Source: an uncultured Methanoregulaceae archaeon (lineage in GTDB: Archaea; Halobacteriota; Methanomicrobia; Methanomicrobiales; Methanospirillaceae). Taken from it: a DNA stretch of 64,000 bases. The notes beneath the pieces are model-generated. The model ran no database searches. It saw only the letters and a list, made by a program, of their open reading frames with translations, and was not told the origin of the DNA. Where the stretch lies: NCBI GenBank assembly GCA_963841015.1, contig CAWJAX010000002.1:160001-224000 (forward strand), read 5' to 3'. Positions within the stretch are counted from its first letter, which is position 1; each line of letters opens with the position of its first letter. Positions 21,489 through 30,731 of the stretch are shown one piece after another. The position numbers and the translations under genes were made by a program.

Positions 21489-21849
21489 TTTTTATCATCT
21501 CCGTTGCAAGAGGTGTCTTCAGAACGATTTTTTGTGTCAGGAGCACGTACGCCATAATTCCGCCAATAATAAAGATAGCAATTCCCGTGATCAGCAGGGC
21601 AGCCCAGAAAGGTAATACCGTTGCAATAAGGAAGATTATACCCATCCAGACAAAAAGTGTGCCAGCTGCCAGTAAGGTAACAATGATCGAAAGGATCATG
21701 ATCCTTGAGATGAGCAGATTAAAAGGCTCAAATACATAGTACTGCAAAAACAAATCCGTTTTCTGCCGTATATAAAGATCGATGAATTTGAACGTCGTGG
21801 CAAACTCCGACTCTATTGAAGGTTCTTCGGTACTGGCAGCCTCATCCAT
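21475..21849 (-). CDS. YqjE/phage-holin-family-like two-TM protein
   Basis: Two TM helices with PFWAALLITG. Confidence 0.7.
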   Translation of the reverse strand: MDEAASTEEPSIESEFATTFKFIDLYIRQKTDLFLQYYVFEPFNLLISRIMILSIIVTLLAAGTLFVWMGIIFLIATVLPFWAALLITGIAIFIIGGIMAYVLLTQKIVLKTPLATEMIKNEKP

Positions 21850-21860
21850 GGGATCCCTCG

Positions 21861-22199
21861 TTAGTCGCGTGCTTTGAAGAGAAGCATGCCAATGATAGCT
21901 CCGATACCCGCTGCGATCAGGACCGAGGGAATTGGATGATCGATGATGATATGTTCTACAGGTTCAACCTTTTTATGATACTCAACTTCGATTTTTTTAA
22001 ACTCGATACCTGCTTCGTCCCTGAACCGGTTCATCCGGGACTCGACATCCGCCAGGATATTCCTGACATCATCGGTTTGTTCAGATACGTTAACATTCCG
22101 CAGCTTGCGGGCAGCCTGTTCAAGTGCATCAGCTGTTTGAACTTTCATCTGGTCTGTCTTTACAATCGTTGAATCAATCATTTTTTCCGCCATTATCAT
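21861..22199 (-). CDS. ElaB/YqjD (DUF883)-like tail-anchored protein
   Basis: Helical N-terminus and C-terminal HPIPSVLIAAGIGAIIGMLL. Confidence 0.75.
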   Translation of the reverse strand: MIMAEKMIDSTIVKTDQMKVQTADALEQAARKLRNVNVSEQTDDVRNILADVESRMNRFRDEAGIEFKKIEVEYHKKVEPVEHIIIDHPIPSVLIAAGIGAIIGMLLFKARD

Positions 22200-22453
22200 G
22201 CAACTCCTTTGCCTGATAAGGTTTTTTTTAAATATCGTGATATAATAATTTTTTATACCCTTATCAGAGCAGGCTATCATAGTGTAAAACAATATATAAA
22301 TCTCCCTTGAAATTGCAAATTTTGAAACAATCCCTGGAATTTCCCCAGTTTCGAGTACAGGAAAAATATCGCTTGATCGTGTACAAAGAACCTGTAAGAA
22401 TCACTTCCCGTACACGTTATCGGGCTGCTGACTGGTCACCTCAATGGTAACAA

Positions 22454-23479
22454 TCAACCTTGGGAAGTCCCGGTCTTGGCATATTCTGCCTCTTCAGCGA
22501 GTATTTTATACCCGGTCACCGCGAGCGCGACGAGCACCGGGCCAATAATAAAACCCACAATACCCATAAACGGGACTCCGGCAAAGATGCCGATCATCAT
22601 CATGACCGGGGGTATTGCAACCCGTTTTCCCATCATCACCGGGCGGTAATAGAAATCAATCCATCCACTCAGAAGCGGATATCCCACAACAAGGGTGATA
22701 ACCGCACTCCAGGTTTGGCCGAGGCTCAGAAAATAGAAGGTGAAGAAGAGGATCACGATCTGGGCACCGATGAGCGGAATCAGCATGCCAAGACCGATCA
22801 ATGTTGCGAACAGGAAGGGATCATCAACACCCAGAAGGAAGAAGAACGGGATTGCAAGGAGAAATGCTATCAATGCAGCAGAAATCTGGACAATGATAAG
22901 AGCATAGATGGTATTGGCGGAAATTTCTGACATCCTGTCAACAGCCTGGCGAAGTTTTGGGGAAAGGGTACACGTCAGGGTGTCCCATATCTGCTCCCCG
23001 TAATACAACAACATGGAAAGTGAGAGAAAAAATATGATGATGGAAATAAGTGACTGCATGACATTGCCGGACAACGACAGGAGCGATTGCAGCAGTAACT
23101 GGATAAGTGTTTCAGGCATATTGGATACCTGTTTTTCCGTGAAGGTTGGCAGAAAAGCTGAAAAACCGGTATTTTTTAATCCGCTTACCATTGAGGTAAC
23201 CATGGTCCCGATATGGTCGATGCTGCCATACAATATGTTTGACGAGATCGATAGCACGAGCAGGATTACGAGGAGAACCCAGAGGGTAATGAAGGTAACG
23301 GATACTGATGGTTTTACCATTCCCGAAAGCCATTTATGAAATGACATAAGGGCGACAGCGATGGCAGCTGACCATATCAATACGGTCATGAGCGGCCAGA
23401 AAACCAGGATACAGACAATATAAATCGCAGCGATAAGGAGAACCACCTGCTTGTTTTCGCTTACCCTGATACGGTCCAT
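22454..23479 (-). CDS. AI-2E family transporter
   Basis: IPLIGA, DFYYRPVMMGKRV, GIVGFIIGPVL. Confidence 0.9.
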   Translation of the reverse strand: MDRIRVSENKQVVLLIAAIYIVCILVFWPLMTVLIWSAAIAVALMSFHKWLSGMVKPSVSVTFITLWVLLVILLVLSISSNILYGSIDHIGTMVTSMVSGLKNTGFSAFLPTFTEKQVSNMPETLIQLLLQSLLSLSGNVMQSLISIIIFFLSLSMLLYYGEQIWDTLTCTLSPKLRQAVDRMSEISANTIYALIIVQISAALIAFLLAIPFFFLLGVDDPFLFATLIGLGMLIPLIGAQIVILFFTFYFLSLGQTWSAVITLVVGYPLLSGWIDFYYRPVMMGKRVAIPPVMMMIGIFAGVPFMGIVGFIIGPVLVALAVTGYKILAEEAEYAKTGTSQG

Positions 23480-23610
23480 AAATATCAAATCTTTGGCATG
23501 AATTTTTCCTTGCTGCTCTCGAAACAGGGCAATTTCTTTATTGATAGTAACGTTAAATTTTCATTAAAATTTTATTTTTTTACCTGGCAAATTGGAACGC
23601 GAAAAAATAT

Positions 23611-23772
23611 TTAAAATGCCCCAAACAGGAAGGTAATAATCGCGATAATTATGAAGATAATTACCAGGATCTTCGCTATTTCCATAGAAAACCCGGCAAC
23701 CCCTCTGGCACCTAATATGTAGAACACTAATGCCAAAACCAGGAATACTACGGCGAGCCATATTAAATCCAT
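23611..23772 (-). CDS. DUF1328/UPF0391 small membrane protein (absent from the ORF track)
   Basis: [53 protein letters not shown]. Confidence 0.8.
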   Translation of the reverse strand: MDLIWLAVVFLVLALVFYILGARGVAGFSMEIAKILVIIFIIIAIITFLFGAF

Positions 23773-23784
23773 ACTCTTAACCTC

Positions 23785-24009
23785 CTACTTCTTCTTCAAA
23801 TCTGATCCGGCCTTGTGTACCGCAATTTTTGCGTCAGAAACCGCTTTGTGGACACCCATCTTTGCATCATCTGATACATTCTGTGCATCCTCTCCGGCAC
23901 CCTTCAGGGCATTATGTACGACTACCGATGCATCATCATATGCCGTATGTGCTGCCACGTTGGCGTCATCAGCGGCTTTGCTGGCTTTTACTTTTAGATT
24001 GTCCGTCAA
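23785..24009 (-). CDS. LEA-like hydrophilic protein with 11-aa repeats (TTG start)
   Basis: AADDANVAAHT/AYDDASVVVHN/VSDDAKMGVHK/AVSDAKIAVHK; SD ggag. Confidence 0.7.
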   Translation of the reverse strand: MTDNLKVKASKAADDANVAAHTAYDDASVVVHNALKGAGEDAQNVSDDAKMGVHKAVSDAKIAVHKAGSDLKKK

Positions 24010-24289
24010 TTCGTTTTCAACTCCCTTCCCTGATATGATTTTCTTCAATACATTATCATAAAATTTTTTTATCCATATCAGAGTATGCCCTTTTTTAATA
24101 GGATAGTATATACTTCTAACCTCTTTTTGCAAAATCTGAAACAATCGGGAATTTCCCGTGCTGATTACAGAAAAAATGGGTATTCTGCTGATTTTTGATC
24201 TTTCAAATTTTATAATAAAAAGGGGGTGATCACTCATCTATTTATGTTGTTGGCGGTAATTTCAAGCACCTTATACAAGAAGGAATCAA

Positions 24290-24502
24290 TCATTTCTTTT
24301 TCTTCGATTTTGATCCTGACCCGTGTGCAGCGCTTTTAGGAGCAGAAACAACTTTGTGTTTTACCTCATCTGATGCTTTCGGTACTTTCGTTCCGGGATG
24401 TTCCAACTGGTCAAGCGAAGCGGTGACATCATCATGCATTTTAAGGGTGGCTTTTTCTGATGCTTTCTCTGCTTTCATGGCTTTGCTGTCTTTATCAGTC
24501 AT
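24290..24502 (-). CDS. Small hydrophilic Lys/Ser/Ala-rich protein
   Basis: 70 aa, SD aggag. Confidence 0.7.
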   Translation of the reverse strand: MTDKDSKAMKAEKASEKATLKMHDDVTASLDQLEHPGTKVPKASDEVKHKVVSAPKSAAHGSGSKSKKKK

Positions 24503-24983
24503 AATGTCTTCAACTCCTTTCCCTGACAGGTATCAATGGAATTATTTTATATCCAATAATCATTCTACCGACACCAGGGCAGACTGGAATAAGGTTGAAT
24601 GAATATAAAATTCTTATTTGTTTTTCCAAAATCTGAAACGAACAAGAATTTTTCGTGTTGAGTGGCTGAGAACGCGAAAAAGAACATATACAATTCCGCT
24701 GGTCATCATTCGTAGGTATCGGCCATATCTCTTACATCGTACTTGTAAACCGAGCTGACTGAAACATCCAAAATACCTTAAAAATACATTTCATTTTCAA
24801 TTTTTGTAATATCAAATAAGTTTTATATGCAAGCTCATCGTGTAGTGTCATACTCTTGTGTGGTTATTTGATCAGGTGAAATTTTCGGATAATCCGCTAT
24901 CCCATAAAAACAATTTCACCTGGGAAAAAAGAACTGCATTTGCGAGAATGATGGGCAATCTCAGGAAAAACTTGGTGATTTAC

Positions 24984-25661
24984 ATGGATGATTTAACTTC
25001 ACGAGATCAGGAAAAAGCACGGGAAAAGGACCTGAAAGCCGAACAGGACCGGCAGCGGGATGAGCAAAAAGCCCGGGAACAGGCTGCAGAAAAAGGACGG
25101 AAAGAGGAACAGGACCGGCAGAAGGAACGTGAACAGGCGACAGAGAAGGGACGGAAACAAGGACTGGAACAGGAACGGGCACGGCAAAAGGCAAAGGGAG
25201 GTTCGGGGGGGATCATCATCGCCCTCCTTGTTGTTATTGTTATCGTCTTCGCTGCTATTGCCTGGTTCTCACTGAGCGAGACGGTTACCGATGTAACCCC
25301 AGGAACCCCGTTACCGTTCACGACAAACTATGCGGTTTCATTTCCTGAAGGCCAGACAACTACCCTCGGCAATTCCCGCATCAACGTAATGTGGTTCGAA
25401 AACGAGCTCATTACGGATATTGATGGCGCCAAACAGAAACTGGTGGTAGGTGAGGAAAGAGTTTTATCTGAACGGCGAGGGGTAACAAAAGCACTTGGCG
25501 TAATCACGCTTATGGATATAAACTATGTAATTAACCTGAAATATAAAGGTGAACGGGACGGCCGGGCGTACTTCGATATGGCAGTCCACACCTCAAAACA
25601 GGTACCGGATATCCTCCTCAAACGGATGCTTCCCCCCGAAATAGATGCACGATCCCCGTGA
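24984..25661 (+). CDS. Single-TM protein with charged coiled-coil repeats
   Basis: EQDRQ/EQAAEKGRK repeats, then a TM helix and an extracytoplasmic domain. Confidence 0.75.
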   Translation: MDDLTSRDQEKAREKDLKAEQDRQRDEQKAREQAAEKGRKEEQDRQKEREQATEKGRKQGLEQERARQKAKGGSGGIIIALLVVIVIVFAAIAWFSLSETVTDVTPGTPLPFTTNYAVSFPEGQTTTLGNSRINVMWFENELITDIDGAKQKLVVGEERVLSERRGVTKALGVITLMDINYVINLKYKGERDGRAYFDMAVHTSKQVPDILLKRMLPPEIDARSP

Positions 25662-25674
25662 GCGGAGGGTTTGC

Positions 25675-26364
25675 ATGAACATCAGGTATACAATCACATT
25701 TTTTGGAGTTCTGTGTATTGCACTCCTTTTCTCGGGATGCACCAATACATCCCCGCAAGTCCCGGCACCGACTCCGGTTCCCACTACCGCTGCAATGGTG
25801 ACACTCTCGCCAACCCCGACCGCAGTCCCCTTTCCGAATGCGCTGGCCCTGAATGAGTACGCCACCTTCGGGAGTGGGAATATGATCGGTAAGGCAACAA
25901 TCTACGGGTATGACATAAAACCAGGCTATAACTGGACGGCACCGTCATGGAACAGCCCCGGCGAGCAGGCAGCTGCATCCCAGCCGCTTGACATCCAGCG
26001 TGGTTATAACAGGGAAAAGCCTCAGGAAGGCAATACCTTCCTTTTCGTGCATGTCCGTGTCCTGAATACAGGGAAAAATGCCGTGTATGCTCCCTCAGCA
26101 AAACAGTTTGTGGTGAACAATAACGGGACGCTCTACAATTATTCGCCAGTCTATGGTTCCGATGTGATTATTGATAAAGTTCCGGGGACACAGTACGATT
26201 ACCAGATCGGGCGGGGCGGAACCGTCGGCTACATCCAACCCGGAGAAAGTAATGCTGCAGATGGCTATCTCATCTACGAAATACCGGCGACATTCTCTCC
26301 CAATACGACATACGTGGTAAGTAATCTCGACTATCAGAATAAGGCAGTATGGAAACTTGGATGA
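25675..26364 (+). CDS. Lipoprotein-like, DUF4352-like Ig-fold protein
   Basis: FSGC lipobox-like site, FLFVHVRVLNTG, IQPGES..GYLIYEIP. Confidence 0.75.
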   Translation: MNIRYTITFFGVLCIALLFSGCTNTSPQVPAPTPVPTTAAMVTLSPTPTAVPFPNALALNEYATFGSGNMIGKATIYGYDIKPGYNWTAPSWNSPGEQAAASQPLDIQRGYNREKPQEGNTFLFVHVRVLNTGKNAVYAPSAKQFVVNNNGTLYNYSPVYGSDVIIDKVPGTQYDYQIGRGGTVGYIQPGESNAADGYLIYEIPATFSPNTTYVVSNLDYQNKAVWKLG

Positions 26365-26737
26365 TTGAGGATGTTCCTCTATTTCTTTCAGTCACCAGCC
26401 AGGGGGGTAGACGCGAAGATGTATCCGGTCCCGGACCTCCCGTTCGGCCAGTATCCCATCTCCTGACGCGAAGGCACTGCAAAAATCTTATCCCCTGGCT
26501 TCTTACCAGATCAAGCACCGTAGAGCTTTGATCCCGATACATGGAAACATAAGGCCCAGATCTTCACCCTCATGCTTGATGTCCACATCGGTGCGAGTGT
26601 CCCTGCTAATGCCAACCGAACGCAAACATGAATGTCGCTGTGAACATTCAAGTTTTTTGAACCATCTCTACAGAGTCCAATTCAGCGCAAATTATAAAAC
26701 CAAAGGTGATGAACAGACACTTTAACGGAAGTAAATT

Positions 26738-26902
26738 ATGGACTGGCTCTTAACGCTTGGTATACTGTTTATCATTATTGCCGTTATATTTGTAATTCTT
26801 GGATTTATCGGGAGAATAGCATGGACAATTGCAAAGTGGATTATTATCATCTTGATTATCCTTGCGTTAATTTCCCTCATCATGGGAAATCCCCTCTTTT
26901 AA
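26738..26902 (+). CDS. DUF1328-like small membrane protein (absent from the ORF track)
   Basis: MDWLLTLGILFIIIAVIFVILGFIGRIAWTIAKWIIIILIILALISLIMGNPLF*. Confidence 0.7.
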   Translation: MDWLLTLGILFIIIAVIFVILGFIGRIAWTIAKWIIIILIILALISLIMGNPLF

Positions 26903-27583
26903 CGAAGCGCTCGGTGAAATATTCCGTGCCACATACGAAAATACCCCCACCCTGTTAAATGCAAACAGGTGCAACTATGCAATATGTCAAAAATTAACCT
27001 GCAACAAACTTTGAAGAAACCGTTTTCAGAATGGACAGATGAAGAGAAATTATTTTTTTTCATGATTTATTAGGTCATCACCATAGGCCGCCACCAGGAT
27101 ATAGCGAGACGATGCCGGATAAGGTGATCTATTCTCCCGATGAGAACCTTTTGTATCGGTTGAGTAAAGATTAATTTCTGCTCAATGGCATTCAAAATAA
27201 TCCGCGATCCTTGAGATCTGCCAACAGAACGCGAATATGAGGGTCCATGACCATGTATGATGGTTTAATGATAAGGAGGTAGTGAGTCCATCATCCACCA
27301 TGGGCGATAATTCTCACAACCCCTCACACGTTTTTTTAATTGTTGGCCAAGTGTCATCCTGCCGTATAGCCAACATTTGTCTCCAGTCTTATAATTACAC
27401 TCTTTACATGAGATCAACCTGAACAGAGCCATACCTAAGGAATTAAAAGCACATGTATAATTAATTCACAAACCGCTGCGGGTTCGACAAAAGAACCCTT
27501 TGATTATATCCTCACTGCCACGAGAAGAAAACCAATAAGTTCAAAATAATAAAAATCATACAAACCTTTTGTGGTGGTCATGT

Positions 27584-27808
27584 ATGCCCTGGGTCTCATG
27601 CAAAATATGTAACGGTAAAGGACAAATCTCTGACCCGAAGCAACCAGGATGGGAAGCAAAAGAATTCGGACAAAAATATAGAGAATGTCCAAATCGTGAT
27701 TGCCTAAGTGGAAAAATTTACATTAGCAAATACACGTCCGATTTTCATAATCAGTATGTGCCATCAGATCAGGAAATAGCTGCCCAAAAAACGAGAATCC
27801 AACAATAA
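27584..27808 (+). CDS. Small DnaJ-type zinc-finger-like protein
   Basis: CKICNGKG...CPNRDCLSGK. Confidence 0.55.
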   Translation: MPWVSCKICNGKGQISDPKQPGWEAKEFGQKYRECPNRDCLSGKIYISKYTSDFHNQYVPSDQEIAAQKTRIQQ

Positions 27809-28097
27809 AGTAAAATACAATTTTATCGGTGAGGATATAACCATCCCTTCAGTATATGAGATCTGCCAACCGAACGTGAATATAAACGTCTTTGCAACAC
27901 TTTAAAAGAACAGGGCGGAAACACTCCGCCCATTATAGGTGTTTCCGGGTTCCTTCAAGGCATTGGAGAGCTCGTCCTTGGGAGTTGGGTCGCAGAATGA
28001 TAGTGTGGAGTCATCGCTCTGATGACGTATCGAAAAGAAAATACATAAAAACATATCTCTTCTTAACAAATCTGGAACGCCAATATGAAGATTAAAA

Positions 28098-28286
28098 TTA
28101 ATATTTTTTTATTCCTGTTTTTATTCGAAAAAGAACGTCAGCAGTTAATACAGGAATATTATGTTCAGATTCCATGTGTTCAATGAGTTGTCTTATGATC
28201 TCTCGTTCAGTTGTTCCCTTTACTTCGAAAGAACAATCCATGCCCAGATCTCCGCATTTAATTGAAGCCAATGGAATGCGTTCCAT
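28098..28286 (-). CDS. DUF1059 small metal-binding protein, copy 1
   Basis: CGDLGMDCSFEVKG.TE.E....H...EH. Confidence 0.85.
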   Translation of the reverse strand: MERIPLASIKCGDLGMDCSFEVKGTTEREIIRQLIEHMESEHNIPVLTADVLFRIKTGIKKY

Positions 28287-28499
28287 TTCATCTGATCCTG
28301 GTCGTCCTTCCGATAACAACTGCATTCCTGATCTCCCGTTTTGTTCTGAATCTCCATAAGTAAGAACACCCTATCTTTTTCCTATAAAAGAGGAAATGTT
28401 TAAGATTATTCCCAAGAAACAGATTTTGACACAAATTTTGAAATAATCAGAGAATATACCCCGCCCTCAGTATCTGCCAACAGAAAGCGGATTAGAGAC

Positions 28500-28775
28500 T
28501 CACAAGACGCGTTCTGTTGAAAATGAACATCCTTTAGGAAGAGGAATATCCCCGTCGGGATATGTCGCGCACCGCCGAGGTCTCTTCTCATAAATTCCAC
28601 AGGTGTTATCTGATTGAAGATGCGGGCAGATATTTTGAATCCATAAAATTTCCGTCACGGGATTATATTCCCACCCCCTGCATGCACAATATTCAATATC
28701 ATCAGGAGTTGCATTTGCAAGGTGAAGTACGACCCATCGGCAGCACTCTCCACAGTGTCGGCATTCCGGTGGCAT
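28500..28775 (-). CDS. YkgJ-family Cys-cluster (Zn/Fe-chelating) protein
   Basis: CRHCGECC...CPHL...CGIYEKRPRRCATYP. Confidence 0.85.
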   Translation of the reverse strand: MPPECRHCGECCRWVVLHLANATPDDIEYCACRGWEYNPVTEILWIQNICPHLQSDNTCGIYEKRPRRCATYPDGDIPLPKGCSFSTERVL

Positions 28776-29012
28776 GGTAATTGTAAAAAATAGTATTTCG
28801 ATAATTAATGAAAATTTGCACGAATTGAAATCTGACAACAGAACACGAATATGACCATTTTATAATTTCTCATTCTGAATGACGATTACTACGGTACACT
28901 TTTTCATTACGCATAGTATATTTTTATAGATCCCTTAATTTTGAAAAATAAGGATAATTAGAGGGTATTTAGATATCTTCCAGAGGTAAAAGGTTATTAT
29001 TTTTATTGAATT

Positions 29013-29360
29013 CTAATCCTCCAAAAAGTCTGAGAGATGATATTTTTTTGTACTTAAATTAATAGTAACAGATTTTTCATTTTTTTTCGCATCACCGATA
29101 ATTTTTTCGATTCTTGGCATTAATTTTTTATAGACTTTCTCTTCTAATTCAGCCTTTTTTTTATTTTTGTCATCTATCCCTTTATCAAACGATATTTTGT
29201 AAATGGTTCCTAAAGTACCATAAGGATTCTTTACATCAATCAATATTTCTCCTTTATAGTCATTATCTGTAAGCCCTGTCTCTACTATACGAGGAGTTAG
29301 GAGAGTTAATTCATCGATATCAATCCAACTTTTCCCATCAGCCGTTTTTATCTTTGACAT
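29013..29360 (-). CDS. Low-GC hypothetical protein
   Basis: 115 aa AT-rich ORF between two motif copies. Confidence 0.6.
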   Translation of the reverse strand: MSKIKTADGKSWIDIDELTLLTPRIVETGLTDNDYKGEILIDVKNPYGTLGTIYKISFDKGIDDKNKKKAELEEKVYKKLMPRIEKIIGDAKKNEKSVTINLSTKKYHLSDFLED

Positions 29361-29582
29361 AAACGAGAATATAGTATATTCAGATAATAAAACATTCTTT
29401 TAAAAAAAGGGATATAACCCCTCGAGCCCCTGCTAACCGCTAACAGATCACGAATATGCGAGTTACATGAGAAGCAGGGTGTGGGAGACCCGATGAAAGT
29501 TGTGGAATATATGGATCCTCACAATGGTTATTAAATAATTTATTAATAAATTCTGGTCTATGTTTTACGCAAAGTGCTGGTC

Positions 29583-30005
29583 TTAGCTTTTATTGAGCAT
29601 TTCCCGTGCGAACTTTTTTGCGTTATCCAGGTCTTCGGTGCCGGGATGACCGCGGTTCACGAATAAAAATTTCCCTTTGCAGTGATAGCTTCCCATGACA
29701 GTGGCACCCTTCTGCTGCACCATATCCGCCATCACGGAGATCAGTTTTTGCCCTCCTGCAAGACTTGCCGCGGTGCCGAACAAGGCGACCTTGCGTCCCG
29801 TAAGGTTTCCGGACCCGATGAATTTCAGCATCGCCTCCCCTGGTTTACCACCATACGTACCACTGCCAAGGAACAGGAGCTGTGCGTCGTTTTGGGGGGT
29901 TGCCGCCACATCCATTGCCGTAATACCCACCTCTCCGGCGATGGCATCTGCCACTTTCCTGGTATTTCCACCCCGGGAATCAACCAGTACAGAAACTTCA
30001 GTCAT
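29583..30005 (-). CDS. Flavodoxin family protein
   Basis: SRGGNTRKVADAIA, LGSGTYGG, VALFGT. Confidence 0.9.
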   Translation of the reverse strand: MTEVSVLVDSRGGNTRKVADAIAGEVGITAMDVAATPQNDAQLLFLGSGTYGGKPGEAMLKFIGSGNLTGRKVALFGTAASLAGGQKLISVMADMVQQKGATVMGSYHCKGKFLFVNRGHPGTEDLDNAKKFAREMLNKS

Positions 30006-30114
30006 ATTTTCAAATGTATGATTATCTGCCTTAAAAATGATCGTGGTAACCCCATGGGGTTTTATTTTTTATGAAGTTCACCGGTCATACACTTCACGAG
30101 CTGAAGGACGATTA

Positions 30115-30685
30115 TTATTTTTTGTTGATCTCTTCCCTGAACCGGTGAAAGAGATCGTACATTGCCTGCCGGATTTCATTGCCAACATCCCCCCAGGATG
30201 TGCAGACCGGGGATGCCTGAGAGTCTGATTCTGTATCCCGGGGTACATCATCTCGTACTGTTTCCGGGTAAAATATCCGTACATACCCGGTAATTACGAC
30301 GATGAAAAAGACAAGGAGATACAAGATAGTCTTAACATTCAAAAACATGGCCGACATTCCGGGACCGTACCCACAGATCAAAGAAATCCAGCAGGATGAA
30401 GATCAGGCTGACGACCAGCAAGCTTCCCAGCCCGGAAATGAGCGGTCCCGGAATATTGAAGGGATATTGAAACGAGAAGAAAATATCGGCCACCATAAAC
30501 ACTATCCCCATCGTAATGATCAGGGTGAGGTTATCCATCAATAATTCGACAAATCCAAGCAGGAATGCATTGTGGAACCAGGATGCGAGATAGCCGAGTA
30601 TCACAAGGAGAACCAGAAATACGATAATACCGGTCAGGTCTGATATGACCGCACACCACGGGGATCTGTTGTTAGAGAATTTCAT
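30115..30685 (-). CDS. Hypothetical membrane protein, frameshift near 30372
   Basis: TM ORF 30332-30694 continues into 30115-30381 after a 1-nt shift. Confidence 0.65.
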
Positions 30686-30731
30686 ACCGTACACCTGTTC
30701 TTTCTTATATCCGGGTAATTACCGGTAAAAA

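Larger units (their letters stand above)
26611..29459 (+). repeat. Array of six direct copies of a 21-bp core motif (GCCAACAGAACGCGAATATGA) separating single-gene segments
   Basis: Cores at 26611 (18/21), 27220 (21/21), 27865 (18/21), 28476 (17/21), 28834 (19/21), 29439 (17/21); inverted copy at 28500-28520. Confidence 0.85.

Noticed and set aside
23564-23761. 65-aa ORF from the track
   Set aside because: The overlapping frame 23611-23772 encodes a recognisable DUF1328 protein instead.
25030-25190. DNA tandem repeats (gaacagg...)
   Set aside because: Explained by the charged coiled-coil repeats of the encoded protein.
26365-26605. Possible gene remnant truncated at the first motif copy
   Set aside because: Frames contain stops and I could not recognise a family.
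28005-28040. Hammerhead ribozyme (CTGATGA...GAAA, also at 34066-34084)
   Set aside because: Stem II is at most 1 bp, copy 2 has GAAG, and stems I and III cannot be formed.
26611-29459. CRISPR array
   Set aside because: Repeats are degenerate and separated by 350-650 bp gene-containing segments, not 30-45 bp spacers; no cas genes are present.
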